From assembly GCA_044224875.1 (NCBI GenBank), contig JBGAJQ010000018.1:12915-76914 (forward strand): a DNA stretch of 64,000 nucleotides. Reading direction: 5' to 3'. Source of the DNA: Gemmatimonadaceae bacterium. GTDB lineage: Bacteria > Gemmatimonadota > Gemmatimonadetes > Gemmatimonadales > Gemmatimonadaceae. A program made the translations under genes and the position numbers. Below the pieces are notes generated by a model, which was not told where the DNA came from, ran no database searches, and saw only the letters and a list, made by a program, of their open reading frames with translations. This document shows positions 1-10,339 of this stretch, in pieces; the first letter of the stretch is position 1; each line of letters begins with the position of its first letter.

Positions 1-174
1 CTCTTTGACGAATATCGGGGACAAGGGCTACCGGAAGGCTATCGGTCGGTCGCTTGGCGGTTGACCTTCCGCGACCCCGTTCGCACACTTCGCGACAAGG
101 AGATCGAAGGGCGACGTCTGAAGATCTTGAAGGCCCTCGAAGGAGAACTTGGTGTCCGACCGCGATCCGTCTGA
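1..174 (+). CDS. pheT: Phenylalanyl-tRNA synthetase beta subunit, C-terminal fragment (FDX-ACB domain); 5' end outside the window
   Basis: Frame 1 reads LFDEYRGQGLPEGYRSVAWRLTFRDPVRTLRDKEIE...GVRPRSV* (TGA 172-174), a typical PheT C-terminus; pheT-zapA-rny synteny. Confidence 0.9.
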   Translation, partial: LFDEYRGQGLPEGYRSVAWRLTFRDPVRTLRDKEIEGRRLKILKALEGELGVRPRSV

Positions 175-466
175 CCTGTCCGCCTTTCGCCAGCTCGAAC
201 AGGTCGTACGCCACCTGAGCGAGGATCTGGCCGCCTTTCGTCGCCGTGCATTGCAGGCTGAAGCGCGCGTGAAGGCGTTGGAGTCGGCCGCCAAGCCCGG
301 TGAGGCCTACACCGAGGAGCGTGTGCGGGCACTCGAGGCCGATTTGGATGACGCTCGCTCCCGTCTGCGCTTCGCCATGGAGCGCACGACGTCGGAGCTG
401 GACCAGGTTCGCTTTCTCCGCCAGCAGGAAGTCACCGCCGCGCGAAATGGCGGAGGCGACAAGTGA
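152..466 (+). CDS. Small coiled-coil protein (ZapB-like position)
   Basis: About 104 aa of heptad-rich helix; GGAG before the GTG at 152; lies between pheT and zapA. Confidence 0.65.
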   Translation: MSDRDPSDLSAFRQLEQVVRHLSEDLAAFRRRALQAEARVKALESAAKPGEAYTEERVRALEADLDDARSRLRFAMERTTSELDQVRFLRQQEVTAARNGGGDK

Positions 467-783
467 CTGATCGTCGGAACGTCGTTCGGGTTCAGATCGT
501 GGGCGAGGAGTACACCATTCGCTCGGACGCTACGGCCGAGCACACGAAAGCCGTCGCTCAACACGTGGACCAGGCCATCAAACGCGTGCTGCACGGCGGC
601 AGCGTGGTTGAGACGCACAAGGCCGCGATTCTCGCCGCCCTGCAGATTACGGATGAGTTGTTCCGCGAGCGCGACGCCCGGCTGACACTGGACGAGGAAA
701 TGCATGCCCTGGCGACCGATCTGGTGCGCTTGCTGCCTCCGGCCAAGCGCGTAGGCGAGGGTGAGGCAGCCTCGACGGGCTGA
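463..783 (+). CDS. zapA: Cell division protein ZapA
   Basis: VRVQIVGEEYTIRS...VAQHVD...KAAILAALQITDELF ZapA pattern. Confidence 0.9.
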   Translation: MTDRRNVVRVQIVGEEYTIRSDATAEHTKAVAQHVDQAIKRVLHGGSVVETHKAAILAALQITDELFRERDARLTLDEEMHALATDLVRLLPPAKRVGEGEAASTG

Positions 784-812
784 TTGCCTTTCTGTGACAA
801 TCGGGCTACCTT
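784..812 (+). promoter_or_regulatory. Sigma70-type promoter upstream of the 6S-like RNA and rny
   Basis: TTGCCT (784-789), 17-bp spacer, TACCTT (807-812). Confidence 0.55.
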
Positions 813-816
813 GACG

Positions 817-956
817 GGGTCAGCCGCTGGGGCGTAGGTCGAAGCCCATGCGTGAGTTAGCTCCCCCCCGGCCCGCTCCCCTCGTCGGAGCCGGCCCGGT
901 GGTGCTCCTCAAGTGTGTCGGCCCGCACCCAGCCGCGTTATCTCGCTCGTTGGCCC
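817..956 (+). ncRNA. Putative 6S RNA-like long rod hairpin
   Basis: Manual pairing: GGGUCAGC(817)/GUUGGCCC(956), GCUGGGGCG/CGCACCCAGC, GGUCGA/UCGGCC, UGAG/CUCA, terminal GCUCC/GGAGC; sits directly downstream of zapA, a common ssrS position. Confidence 0.55.
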
Positions 957-978
957 TCGGGGCCACGCTGGGGCATAG

Positions 979-2571
979 ATGCAAATCTCCGTTGGAATAC
1001 TCGCGACTGCGTTAGGCGCACTGGCTCTTCTTGCGTCCGCAGTCTTTTTTGTTTTTGGTCGCCGGTCGGGCGTGGCTGCGGAGCTCGAGCGACAAAAGGC
1101 CGCGAAGGCGTCCGCCGAGGAGACCTCCAAGCGAATCGTCGCCGAAGCTGAACGCGAGGCGGAGTCGCTCAAGAAGTCCGCGGTTGTCTCCGGGAAGGAA
1201 GAGATGATCCGCCTGCGCGAGGACTGGGAGCACGAGGCCCGGCACCGGCGCGAGGAGGTCGAGCGCGAAGAACGCCGCGTCGAAGAACGGCAGTCGCAAC
1301 TCGACAAGAAGTTCGACCTTCTGGACCAACGTGAACGGGACCTGGGACGACGTGCCAGCGATCTAGGTCGGCGCGAGAAGTCTGTCACCGAGCGCGAGGG
1401 TGAGCTGGACAAGATGATCGGCGACGAGCGTCGGCGGCTGGAGGCGCTGGCGGGCATGTCGGCGAACGAGGCCAAGCAGGAGCTGATGCAACGCCTGGAG
1501 CAGGAAGCCGAAGCGGACGCCGCCAACCGGATTCGTGAAATCCGCGAGACGGCCAAGCGCAACGCGGAGCGCGAAGCGAAGAAGATCGTGGCGCTGGCAG
1601 TGCAGCGAATTGGCGCCGAGCACACGACGGAAATCTCCGTGGCGGCCGTGTCGCTCCCGAACGATGAAATGAAGGGACGCATCATCGGCCGCGAGGGGCG
1701 AAACATCCGAGCGTTTGAATTGGCAACCGGTGTGGACGTGATCATCGACGACACCCCGGATACGGTGGTCGTCTCGTGCTTCGACCCGGTGCGGCGCGAA
1801 GTGGCGCGGTTGTCTCTCGAGAAGCTCGTGGCTGACGGACGCATTCACCCGGGGCGCATCGAAGAGGTCGTGGCCAAGTCGCGCGCGGAAGTTGATCGCT
1901 CGATCATCGAGACCGGTGAACGCGCGGCGTACGAGACCGGAGTGCACGGACTTCACCCCGAGCTCATCAAGCTCGTGGGGCGCATGCGGTATCGAACGTC
2001 GTACGGGCAAAACATCCTCGATCACTCGAAGGAAGTGGCGCACCTGGCTGGCATCATGGCGGCAGAGTTGGGTTTGGACGTGGCGATGGCCAAGCGCGGG
2101 GCGCTGCTACACGATGTGGGCAAGGTGTTGACGCACGAGCACGAGGGAACGCACGTGCAGTTGGGCGTCGAAGTGGCAACGAAGTACGGCGAGAGTCCTC
2201 TCGTCGTGAACTGTATTGCCGCGCACCATGACGACGTGCCGCACGAGTCGGAGGTCTCGGTGCTGGTGCAGGCCGCCGACGCCATTTCGGGTTCGCGTCC
2301 AGGTGCACGCCGCGAGGCCTTCGAAACCTACGTCAAGCGTCTGGAAGGGCTCGAGCGGATTGCTTCGAGCTACCGTGGCGTGGAAAAGGTGTTCGCTATC
2401 CAGGCCGGGCGTGAGATTCGCGTGACGGTTACCCCTGATCATGTGGACGACGCGCGCATGGTGACGCTGGCGGAAGAGATTGCACGGCGTGTCGAGGCGG
2501 AGCTTCAGTATCCAGGTCAGATCAAAGTCGTGGTGATCCGCGAAACGAGGGCGGTGGATTTTGCACGATAG
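979..2571 (+). CDS. rny: Ribonuclease Y
   Basis: N-terminal TM helix, coiled coil, KH motif ([13 protein letters not shown]), HD domain (LLHDVGK), C-terminal [12 protein letters not shown]. Confidence 0.97.
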   Translation: MQISVGILATALGALALLASAVFFVFGRRSGVAAELERQKAAKASAEETSKRIVAEAEREAESLKKSAVVSGKEEMIRLREDWEHEARHRREEVEREERRVEERQSQLDKKFDLLDQRERDLGRRASDLGRREKSVTEREGELDKMIGDERRRLEALAGMSANEAKQELMQRLEQEAEADAANRIREIRETAKRNAEREAKKIVALAVQRIGAEHTTEISVAAVSLPNDEMKGRIIGREGRNIRAFELATGVDVIIDDTPDTVVVSCFDPVRREVARLSLEKLVADGRIHPGRIEEVVAKSRAEVDRSIIETGERAAYETGVHGLHPELIKLVGRMRYRTSYGQNILDHSKEVAHLAGIMAAELGLDVAMAKRGALLHDVGKVLTHEHEGTHVQLGVEVATKYGESPLVVNCIAAHHDDVPHESEVSVLVQAADAISGSRPGARREAFETYVKRLEGLERIASSYRGVEKVFAIQAGREIRVTVTPDHVDDARMVTLAEEIARRVEAELQYPGQIKVVVIRETRAVDFAR

Positions 2572-3472
2572 CCTCTTGGCGCCCAGTGGCGGCGCGCAGC
2601 TTATTGATGGCGTGGCCGTGGCCAAGGCCGTGCGCGCCGATGTCGCGCGCGACACCGCGGAGCTGCGGGCGCGTGGCATCGTCCCGGGCCTGACGGTGGT
2701 GATCGTCGGCGAGGATCCGGCGAGCGTGACGTACGTGAGGTCGAAGGAGAAGGCCAGCGTTGAAGCTGGCATGCGCGGTGAGACGCTGCGCTTGCCGGCG
2801 TCCGTGTCACAGGCGGAACTCGAAGCGCTGATTGACCGGTTGAACGCTGACCCTCAGGTGCACGGCATCCTGGTCCAGAGTCCTCTTCCGAAGCATATCG
2901 ACGCAAATACCGTCGTCCGTCGGATTGCGCCGGCGAAGGACGTGGATGGATTTCATCCGGTCAACGTGGGGAAGTTGCTGATCGGGGAGAAGGACGGCTT
3001 CGCTCCATGTACCCCGGCTGGCGTTCAGGAGCTGTTGGTGCGCTACGGCGTCGAGACGTCAGGTAAGGATGTCGTCATCATCGGTCGGAGCAACATCGTC
3101 GGCAAGCCGATGGCCGCCCTGCTGGTGCAGAGTGGAAAGGGAGCCGACTGCACGGTCACGGTCTGTCACTCACGCACGCGCGATTTGGCGTCGCACACCC
3201 GTCGAGCGGACATCGTGATCGCCGCGATCGGCAAGCCAGAAGTCGTCACCGCCGACATGATCCGGCCCGGGGCTGTGGTCATCGATGTTGGGATCAACCG
3301 CGTGCCCGATCCAGGCAGCGCGAAGGGATACCGTCTGGTCGGCGATGTTCATTTCGAGAGTGTGCGGCGCGTGGCGTCATTGATCACGCCAGTGCCGGGT
3401 GGCGTGGGTCCTATGACCATCGCGATGTTGCTGGCGAACACGGTCCGGGCCGCGAGGCAGGCCAGCGGGTGA
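2561..3472 (+). CDS. folD: Methylenetetrahydrofolate dehydrogenase/cyclohydrolase (start uncertain)
   Basis: [38 protein letters not shown] motifs. Confidence 0.96.
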   Translation: MHDSLLAPSGGAQLIDGVAVAKAVRADVARDTAELRARGIVPGLTVVIVGEDPASVTYVRSKEKASVEAGMRGETLRLPASVSQAELEALIDRLNADPQVHGILVQSPLPKHIDANTVVRRIAPAKDVDGFHPVNVGKLLIGEKDGFAPCTPAGVQELLVRYGVETSGKDVVIIGRSNIVGKPMAALLVQSGKGADCTVTVCHSRTRDLASHTRRADIVIAAIGKPEVVTADMIRPGAVVIDVGINRVPDPGSAKGYRLVGDVHFESVRRVASLITPVPGGVGPMTIAMLLANTVRAARQASG

Positions 3473-4702
3473 CCGGTCGGCGGGAAGTCCCCCGTCAGCG
3501 CGCGCGAGCCGGCGACACGGAGGGGTTGGAGCTGCCACTCCCTCTTCCCGCCGATCGTCCGCGTGAAGTTACGCGAGGCCTGCCGGGGGAGACGGCCGGC
3601 AATCCGATGCCGGTGTCGGACTTTACCGCGATCACCAAGGAAATCGTCGAGGGTGGCGTTCCGCCGCAGTGGCTGCGGGGGGAGATCAGCGGGTTCAAGG
3701 TCCATCGCAACGGGCACTGGTACTTTTCGCTTCGCGACGCTTCGGCGCAGTTGCGTTGTGTGGTGTGGGCGTCCGACACCCGGCGCATGCTGGCGCCACC
3801 GGATGAGGGGATGGAGGTGGTGGTGCGCGGCCGAATCATCATGTTCGCGGCGCGCGCCGAGTTGCAGCTGCAGGTGGTGGCGATTCGCGGCGTCGGCGAC
3901 GGCTTGTGGCGAAAGGCGTTTGAGCTGACCCGCGCACGGCTACAGGCCGACGGCCTGCTCGATCCGGCGCGAAAGCGACGGCTGCCCTTCCTGCCGCGCC
4001 GGGTGGCGGTGGTCACCAGCTTGGACGGCGCGGTGTTGCACGATGTCATGGTGGTGCTCAAGCGGCGCTGCCCGATCGTTCAGTTGGTGGTCATTCCTGC
4101 GGCGGTCCAGGGTGAGGGATCCGAAGAGTCGATCTGTTCGGCCCTCGAGCGACTTGCCCGTTGGCGAAAGGCCGACGTCGCCATTGTTGGACGTGGCGGC
4201 GGATCGCGAGACGATCTGTGGACGTTCAACAGCGAGCGAGTGGCGCGGGCCCTGGCGGCGTTGCCGATGCCGACGATCTCCGCCCCTCGTGGCGGACGTT
4301 CGAGCCCCAACGCCGTCGGCGGGCGCGGAATCGGCCGTGCCGGTGCTCTCCGACTTGATCGCCGAAGTGCGCGAAACCGGCTACGCGTTGCAGCGTGGGG
4401 CTCGGCTGGTATTGCAACGGGCCCAAGCCCGCATACAGTCGGCGTCACGCCACACCGCGTTGGCATCGCATCGGGTGGTCGATCGGGGACGCCTTCGCGT
4501 CGAAACGTTAGGCGGGCGACTGCACGCCCTGAGCCCGTTGGCGACGCTGGGGCGAGGATACACCCTCACCACGGACTCCATGCACCAGCTGGTCACGCGA
4601 GCGGCGGCGCTGGCCCCCGGCGACGCGCTGCGGGTGCAGTTCATCGACGGGCACGTCGAAGGGCGTGTGGATCGCGTCGACGTGCGGGAGGACCCATCGT
4701 GA
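3469..4702 (+). pseudogene. xseA: Exodeoxyribonuclease VII large subunit, broken by a deletion/frameshift near 4284
   Basis: OB-fold (GEISGFK..GHWYFSLRD) and RGGGS motif; after PTISA the conserved VGHE-D segment is missing and LVADVRAPTPS...LSPLATLGRGY continues in another frame. Confidence 0.85.
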
Positions 4703-4911
4703 GTTTTGAATCGTCCCTGCAGCGCCTGGAAGCCATCGTTCGCGAGCTGGAAGGCGGAGACCTCACATTGGAGCGCGCGCTCGTCCTCTTCGAGGAAGGG
4801 GTCAAGGAACTCCGAGTGGCTTCGGAGGCCCTTTCGGCGGCAGACGCCACCGTGAAGGTGTTGACCGAGAAGGCAGACGGAGCGTTGACACTGACGGACT
4901 TCCGTGGCTGA
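4699..4911 (+). CDS. xseB: Exodeoxyribonuclease VII small subunit
   Basis: GTG at 4699; SFESSLQRLEAIVRELEGGDLTLERALVLFEEG. Confidence 0.92.
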   Translation: MSFESSLQRLEAIVRELEGGDLTLERALVLFEEGVKELRVASEALSAADATVKVLTEKADGALTLTDFRG

Positions 4912-5800
4912 GCCGTTTGCCGACGAAGTGACCACAGTCCGCCGGCGCATCAGTGAGACATTGCGCCGCATCTGCCAATGCGAGGTTGCGGAGGTGGATC
5001 CGTTGGTCGCAGCCGCCATCGAGTACGCGTTGAGCGGCGAAGGCAAGCGGCTGCGCGGGCTGCTTGTGGTGTTCGCCTTTCGCGCATGCAATGGACGCGG
5101 CGATCCGACCGAGCTGGCCGCCGCGGTGGAGATCGTGCATGCCTATTCGTTGGTTCACGACGACCTGCCGTGCATGGATGACGATGACCTGCGTCGCGGA
5201 TTGCCCACCGTGCACCGCGCCATGGGGGTGAACGCGGCCACCGCGGCCGGACTGACGATGGTTCCAATGGCGGCGCGGGCCGCCTTCCGAGGCGCCGGAA
5301 CGCTCGGACTTTCGACACGCGCGTGTGGCGACGTGGTGCGCGTCCTCATGCAGGCATCGGGCGCTGGCGGCATGATTGGGGGACAATTGCTGGATCTCGA
5401 GGCCGAGGGGAGGCAGCTGTCGCTTTCGGAACTCGAACAGGTTCACCGGGCCAAGACGGGCGCGTTGATCGGCGCGGCGGTGCGCGTCGGTGCCATGGCG
5501 GCCAGCGCCGTCCCCGAACGCGTCGCCGTGCTGGGTGATTTTGGCGACGCTCTGGGGTTGGCGTTTCAAATTGCGGATGATGTGCTCGACGTCACGGGTA
5601 CTTCTGACCAATTGGGGAAGACTGCCGGGCGCGATGTGGCGCTGCAAAAGAGCACGTATCCCAGCGTGTTGGGTGTCGCGGGAGCGGTGGCACGGGCGAA
5701 CGCGCTGGCGTCTGATGCGTGCGGGGCACTAAAAACGGTCGGGCTCTTGACCCCCGATCTCGAGGCGTTGGCGCAATATGTGGTCGAGCGCCAGTCATAG
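4904..5800 (+). CDS. ispA: Farnesyl/geranylgeranyl diphosphate synthase
   Basis: GKRLR, SLVHDDLPCMDDDDLRRG, GLAFQIADDVLD; xseB-ispA-dxs synteny. Confidence 0.93.
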   Translation: MAEPFADEVTTVRRRISETLRRICQCEVAEVDPLVAAAIEYALSGEGKRLRGLLVVFAFRACNGRGDPTELAAAVEIVHAYSLVHDDLPCMDDDDLRRGLPTVHRAMGVNAATAAGLTMVPMAARAAFRGAGTLGLSTRACGDVVRVLMQASGAGGMIGGQLLDLEAEGRQLSLSELEQVHRAKTGALIGAAVRVGAMAASAVPERVAVLGDFGDALGLAFQIADDVLDVTGTSDQLGKTAGRDVALQKSTYPSVLGVAGAVARANALASDACGALKTVGLLTPDLEALAQYVVERQS

Positions 5801-5841
5801 CGGCAGCTTATAGATTACGGCACGGAGGCATTGCACTCGTT

Positions 5842-7722
5842 ATGGGCGTTCTGGACCAGATTGCATCACCCGCGGACCTGCGATCACGCTCGCGAGATGA
5901 GCTGCGCGTGCTCGCGAACGAGGTGCGCACTCGCCTCATCGATGTGTGCTCGCGCACCGGGGGTCATATCGGGGCCGGTCTGGGCGTCGTCGAGCTGACG
6001 GTCGCACTGCACTACGTCTTTGACACACCGCGCGACCAGTTGGTGTGGGACGTGGGACATCAGGGGTATCCCCACAAGCTCCTCACTGGCCGCAATGCCG
6101 CCATGGAAACGCTGCGCCAGGAAAATGGCGTTTCTGGCTTTCTCAAGCGCAGCGAAAGCCCATACGACGCGTTTGGTGCCGGGCACGCGGCAACGGCGAT
6201 ATCGGCAGCGCTGGGGATGGCTGCGGCGCGTGACGTTCGCGGCGAGGACTTCAAGGTCGTGGCCGTCCTGGGTGACGGCGCGCTCACCTCAGGTCTGGCG
6301 TACGAAGGACTGAACAACGCGGGGCACTCGGACCGAGATGTCATCGTTGTCCTGAATGACAATGAGATGTCGATCGCGCCTAACGTCGGCGCGATCTCGA
6401 AGTACTTGAACCAGGTGCAACGGAATCCGCTGTACAACCGGGTGCGAACGGCGATCGCGTCGGTCGTCGAGGGGCACAACAGCATCAAGACGCTGGTGCA
6501 AAAATGGGAAGAGAGCGTGAAAGGATTCCTCACGCCCGGCATGCTCTTCGAAGAACTGGGATTCCGGTATTTCGGTCCGATCGATGGTCACGACCTGGAC
6601 GCACTGGTGAACACGTTTGCCGCGGTGCGATCCATGTCGGGGCCGCGATTCGTCCACGTCGTCACGCAGAAGGGGAGGGGTTTTCCCGCCGGTGAGCACG
6701 TCGAGAAGTGGCATGCTCTGCCACCGGGACACGACCCGGCGACGGGTAAGCAACTGAAGACGTCCACGGCGAACCCGGCCTACACGGCGCAGTTTGGGAA
6801 AGGTCTGGCTGAGCTCATGGCCGAGCGACCGGACATCGTCACGATTACCGCGGCCATGCCGAGCGGTACCGGGACGGCGCAGGTCGCCAAGGCACACCCT
6901 GCCCGTTTCTTCGACGTGGGGATCGCGGAAGGACACGCCGTCACGTTCGCCGCGGGGATGGCAACGCGCGGCGTTCACCCCGTGGTGGCGATCTACTCCA
7001 CGTTCCTGCAACGTGCGTACGACAACGTCATCCACGACGTGGCGTTACAGCAGCTGCCGGTAACCTTCTGTCTGGATCGAGCGGGCTTGGTTGGTGAGGA
7101 CGGCGAGACCCATATGGGACTCTACGACATCGCGTACATGCTGGCGGTCCCCAACATGACGGTGATGGCACCGCGCAATGCCACCGAAATGCTCGGCCTT
7201 CTCCGCACGGCGGCCGAGCGTGGCGACGGGCCGAGCGCACTCCGCTATCCACGTGACGTTGCACCTGACGTGGCGCCCCCTATGGCAGAGATCCGGGCCG
7301 TTCCGTACGGCACCTGGGACGTCGTTCGCCGCGGGAAGGAGTTCGCCTTGCTCGCCGTGGGCCCCATGGTGGATCAGGCACTGCGCGCCGCGGAAACACT
7401 GGCTGCGGATGGGTATGACCTGACAGTGGTGAATTGCCGGTTCCTGAAGCCGTACGACGAACTCACGCTGGCCGCACTGCTCCATGATCACCGTGTGCTG
7501 CTCGTGGTGGAGGAGGGAACGGTCGTGAATGGCTTCGGCGCCTACCTCTCGACCGTGGTGGAGCGTCTGGAGCCGGCGGTTCGCGTCATCGCGCACGGAG
7601 TGCCGGATCGCATCGTGCACGCCGCGTCCCGTGCTCGTCAGCTTGAACTGTGCGGGTTGGATGCACAGGGTATTGCAGCGCGCGTCCGCGCCCTGCACGA
7701 GAGCGAGGCGATCGCCGGGTGA
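5842..7722 (+). CDS. dxs: 1-deoxy-D-xylulose-5-phosphate synthase
   Basis: WDVGHQGYPHK, GDGALT...NDN TPP motif, DVGIAEGHAV, DRAGLVGEDG. Confidence 0.97.
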   Translation: MGVLDQIASPADLRSRSRDELRVLANEVRTRLIDVCSRTGGHIGAGLGVVELTVALHYVFDTPRDQLVWDVGHQGYPHKLLTGRNAAMETLRQENGVSGFLKRSESPYDAFGAGHAATAISAALGMAAARDVRGEDFKVVAVLGDGALTSGLAYEGLNNAGHSDRDVIVVLNDNEMSIAPNVGAISKYLNQVQRNPLYNRVRTAIASVVEGHNSIKTLVQKWEESVKGFLTPGMLFEELGFRYFGPIDGHDLDALVNTFAAVRSMSGPRFVHVVTQKGRGFPAGEHVEKWHALPPGHDPATGKQLKTSTANPAYTAQFGKGLAELMAERPDIVTITAAMPSGTGTAQVAKAHPARFFDVGIAEGHAVTFAAGMATRGVHPVVAIYSTFLQRAYDNVIHDVALQQLPVTFCLDRAGLVGEDGETHMGLYDIAYMLAVPNMTVMAPRNATEMLGLLRTAAERGDGPSALRYPRDVAPDVAPPMAEIRAVPYGTWDVVRRGKEFALLAVGPMVDQALRAAETLAADGYDLTVVNCRFLKPYDELTLAALLHDHRVLLVVEEGTVVNGFGAYLSTVVERLEPAVRVIAHGVPDRIVHAASRARQLELCGLDAQGIAARVRALHESEAIAG

Positions 7723-8591
7723 TCCAGATTGGCGTGGTGGGGAACCGCGGATACGCCGACCTTGCTGGCGTTCTGGAGAGCCTGCGCCTGGCCGGTGCGG
7801 CGCTCGAGATCGAGTTTCAATATGAATCCGAGCTGTGCGCGATCGCTGGCGGAGAGTTACTCACCAGTCCCCAACGCATCAACGGCTTGTTGACCCTTGG
7901 CGGAGACGGCACGCTCCTGCGCGGTGCGCGCTGGTTGCGTGGCCATCAGGTCCCCATTCTCGGAGTGAACCTCGGCCGCCTCGGCTTCCTCACGGCATGT
8001 GGACGCGACGAACTCGGAGCGTCGCTGGAGCGATTCGTCCGTGGCGACTTTGTGCCCGACAAGCGTATGGCGTTGGAGGCGACGGCCGGGTTCGAGGCAA
8101 GCGCCAAGACGTGGCACGCCCTGAACGACGTGGTCGTTCACAAGAGCGGGAAAGCGCGTGTCATGCGCATGCACGTGGTCGTAGACGGCGAGGAGATCGC
8201 CGAACTCGCTGCCGACGGGCTGGTGGTTGCCACTCCCACCGGATCCACCGCCTACAGCCTTTCCGCGGGAGGCCCGATCGTTGCGCCCGATCACGACTCT
8301 CTGCTGCTCACGCCTGTCTCAGCTCACACCTTGGCGATTCGCCCGATCTTGCTCTCGCCCGACTCCGAGGTCGTGGTGCGGGTTGAAGATGAGGATCGCG
8401 ATTGTTTGGTAACGGTCGACGGCCAGGTGGGGGGTACGTTGGACGACACGGGAGAGGTGCGCATCGCACGTGCCGGGTATTCGGTGATCCTCGCCCGATT
8501 CTCAGAGTCAACGTTCTTTTCGCGAAGGCGGCGCAAGCTTGGCTGGGGCACCGGGTCGTCCAGCGACGACGACATCAACATGGCATGCTGA
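7719..8591 (+). CDS. nadK: NAD kinase
   Basis: GGDGT, NLGRLGFL, ALNDVV, TPTGSTAYSLSAGGP. Confidence 0.95.
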   Translation: MIQIGVVGNRGYADLAGVLESLRLAGAALEIEFQYESELCAIAGGELLTSPQRINGLLTLGGDGTLLRGARWLRGHQVPILGVNLGRLGFLTACGRDELGASLERFVRGDFVPDKRMALEATAGFEASAKTWHALNDVVVHKSGKARVMRMHVVVDGEEIAELAADGLVVATPTGSTAYSLSAGGPIVAPDHDSLLLTPVSAHTLAIRPILLSPDSEVVVRVEDEDRDCLVTVDGQVGGTLDDTGEVRIARAGYSVILARFSESTFFSRRRRKLGWGTGSSSDDDINMAC

Positions 8592-10333
8592 TCGAGCTCA
8601 GAATCCGGAACGTCGCAATCATCGACAACGTGGTGCTTGCCATCGCTCCCGGATTCAACGTGCTAAGCGGCGAGACGGGGGCGGGGAAGTCGATCATTGT
8701 CGGGGCACTCGGCCTGCTGCTCGGCGAACGCGGGCATGGCGACACCGTGCGCGCCGGGCAGGAACGGGCCTCGGTCGAAGGGGTCTTCGACGTTGCGGGG
8801 GAGGGGGGAGCGACTCTACGTCTGCTCGAGGAGCGAGGCATCGAGGTCGACGGAACGCAGGTCGTGCTACGGCGCGAGCTGACCGCAGGCGGACGAAGTC
8901 GAGCCTGGGTCAACGGTTCTACTGTCACGGCATCGCAGCTCGCCGAGATCGGCAGCCGACTGGTGGACCTGCATGGACAGCACGAGTCGCAGGCACTTCT
9001 CATCCCGGAGGCTCAGCTCGCGATACTCGACGGCTATGCCGGGTGCACAACGCTCGCCCAGCGCGTAAAGGCAGCCCACGCCGACTTGCAGCGCATTGCG
9101 AGCGAGCGGCGCTCACTCACAGAACGACGAGCCGAAGCGGAACGGCGGTCGGATTATCTGCGTCATGTAGTGCGCGAGATCGAGGACGCCAAGCCGCTAG
9201 CGGGTGAGGACTTAAGGATCGAAGAAGAAGAGCGGCGTTTGGCTCATGTTCAGGACCTGCGTAAGCTCGCTGCGTCAGCCGGTGAGGCTTTGGACGGCGA
9301 GGAAGAAGCTATTCTCGCGCGGTTGTCTGCCGTCCGGAAATCGCTCTCCAGTGCTGAACGGATGGACCCGAGCCTGAGCCGTCTGGGTGAGCTCGTTGGC
9401 GGCGCAATGGACTCACTCTCCGAGGCCTCGCGGGAACTGCGGGACTACGAGGCGAATCTGGACGCCGACCCGGAGCGGTTGAGTCGACTTGAGAAGAGAC
9501 GAGACGTGCTGTATCGACTGACCAGCAAGTATGGGGGCTCGATTCAGGGGGTTCTGGAAACCCTGCGCGCGAGCCGATCGGAGCTTGATCTGGTCGACAC
9601 AGCTTCCATTGATCTCAGCGCGTTGGCCGATCAGGAGTCGAAGGGAAGGGCGACGTTGGCAGCGGTGGCCGGGGAGTTGTCGGCGTCGCGGAAGAAGGGA
9701 GCTGCCGGGCTATCCCGCGACGTGTCGAAATCTCTCCCCAAACTCGGAATGGATGACGGTCGCTTCGACGTGGCGCTTTCGCCGATCAGCGAGATCGGCC
9801 CGTCCGGGGCGGAAATCGTGGAATTTCGCGTCACGCTGAATGTGGGGCACGACTCTCGCCCGCTAGCTCGCGTTGCATCTGGTGGCGAGCTCTCGCGAGT
9901 GATGTTGGCCCTGAAGGGAGTATTGGCACAGCTGGACCACACGCCGACACTGGTCTTTGACGAAGTCGACGCGGGGATTGGCGGGCGTGTCGCGCTGCAG
10001 GTCGGCGACGCGATGCGAGAGTTGACGGCACACCATCAGGTGTTGGCGATCACGCACCTGGCCCAGATCGCCGCGCGCGCGCACCGACAGGTCGTGGTGC
10101 GGAAGGACGCTCGCGGTGGGGTGACAACGGCGGATTTGGCGACGGTGGACGGCTCCGAGCGCGTTGAGGAAATCGCGCGGATGCTTGGGGGTGATCCGGC
10201 CAGCGAGACCAGCCGAGCGCACGCGCGCGAATTGCTACAGTCAGCCATCGAGCGGCCCGATCATCCGCCGACCGGTCGCGGCGATTCCGGTTCCAAGGCT
10301 CGCCCCGGCAAGCGGTCGTCGCGAGCGAGCTAA
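8585..10333 (+). CDS. recN: DNA repair protein RecN
   Basis: Walker A GETGAGKS, long coiled coil, ASGGELSR signature, FDEVDAGIGG. Confidence 0.96.
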   Translation: MLIELRIRNVAIIDNVVLAIAPGFNVLSGETGAGKSIIVGALGLLLGERGHGDTVRAGQERASVEGVFDVAGEGGATLRLLEERGIEVDGTQVVLRRELTAGGRSRAWVNGSTVTASQLAEIGSRLVDLHGQHESQALLIPEAQLAILDGYAGCTTLAQRVKAAHADLQRIASERRSLTERRAEAERRSDYLRHVVREIEDAKPLAGEDLRIEEEERRLAHVQDLRKLAASAGEALDGEEEAILARLSAVRKSLSSAERMDPSLSRLGELVGGAMDSLSEASRELRDYEANLDADPERLSRLEKRRDVLYRLTSKYGGSIQGVLETLRASRSELDLVDTASIDLSALADQESKGRATLAAVAGELSASRKKGAAGLSRDVSKSLPKLGMDDGRFDVALSPISEIGPSGAEIVEFRVTLNVGHDSRPLARVASGGELSRVMLALKGVLAQLDHTPTLVFDEVDAGIGGRVALQVGDAMRELTAHHQVLAITHLAQIAARAHRQVVVRKDARGGVTTADLATVDGSERVEEIARMLGGDPASETSRAHARELLQSAIERPDHPPTGRGDSGSKARPGKRSSRAS

Positions 10334-10339
10334 CGGAAC

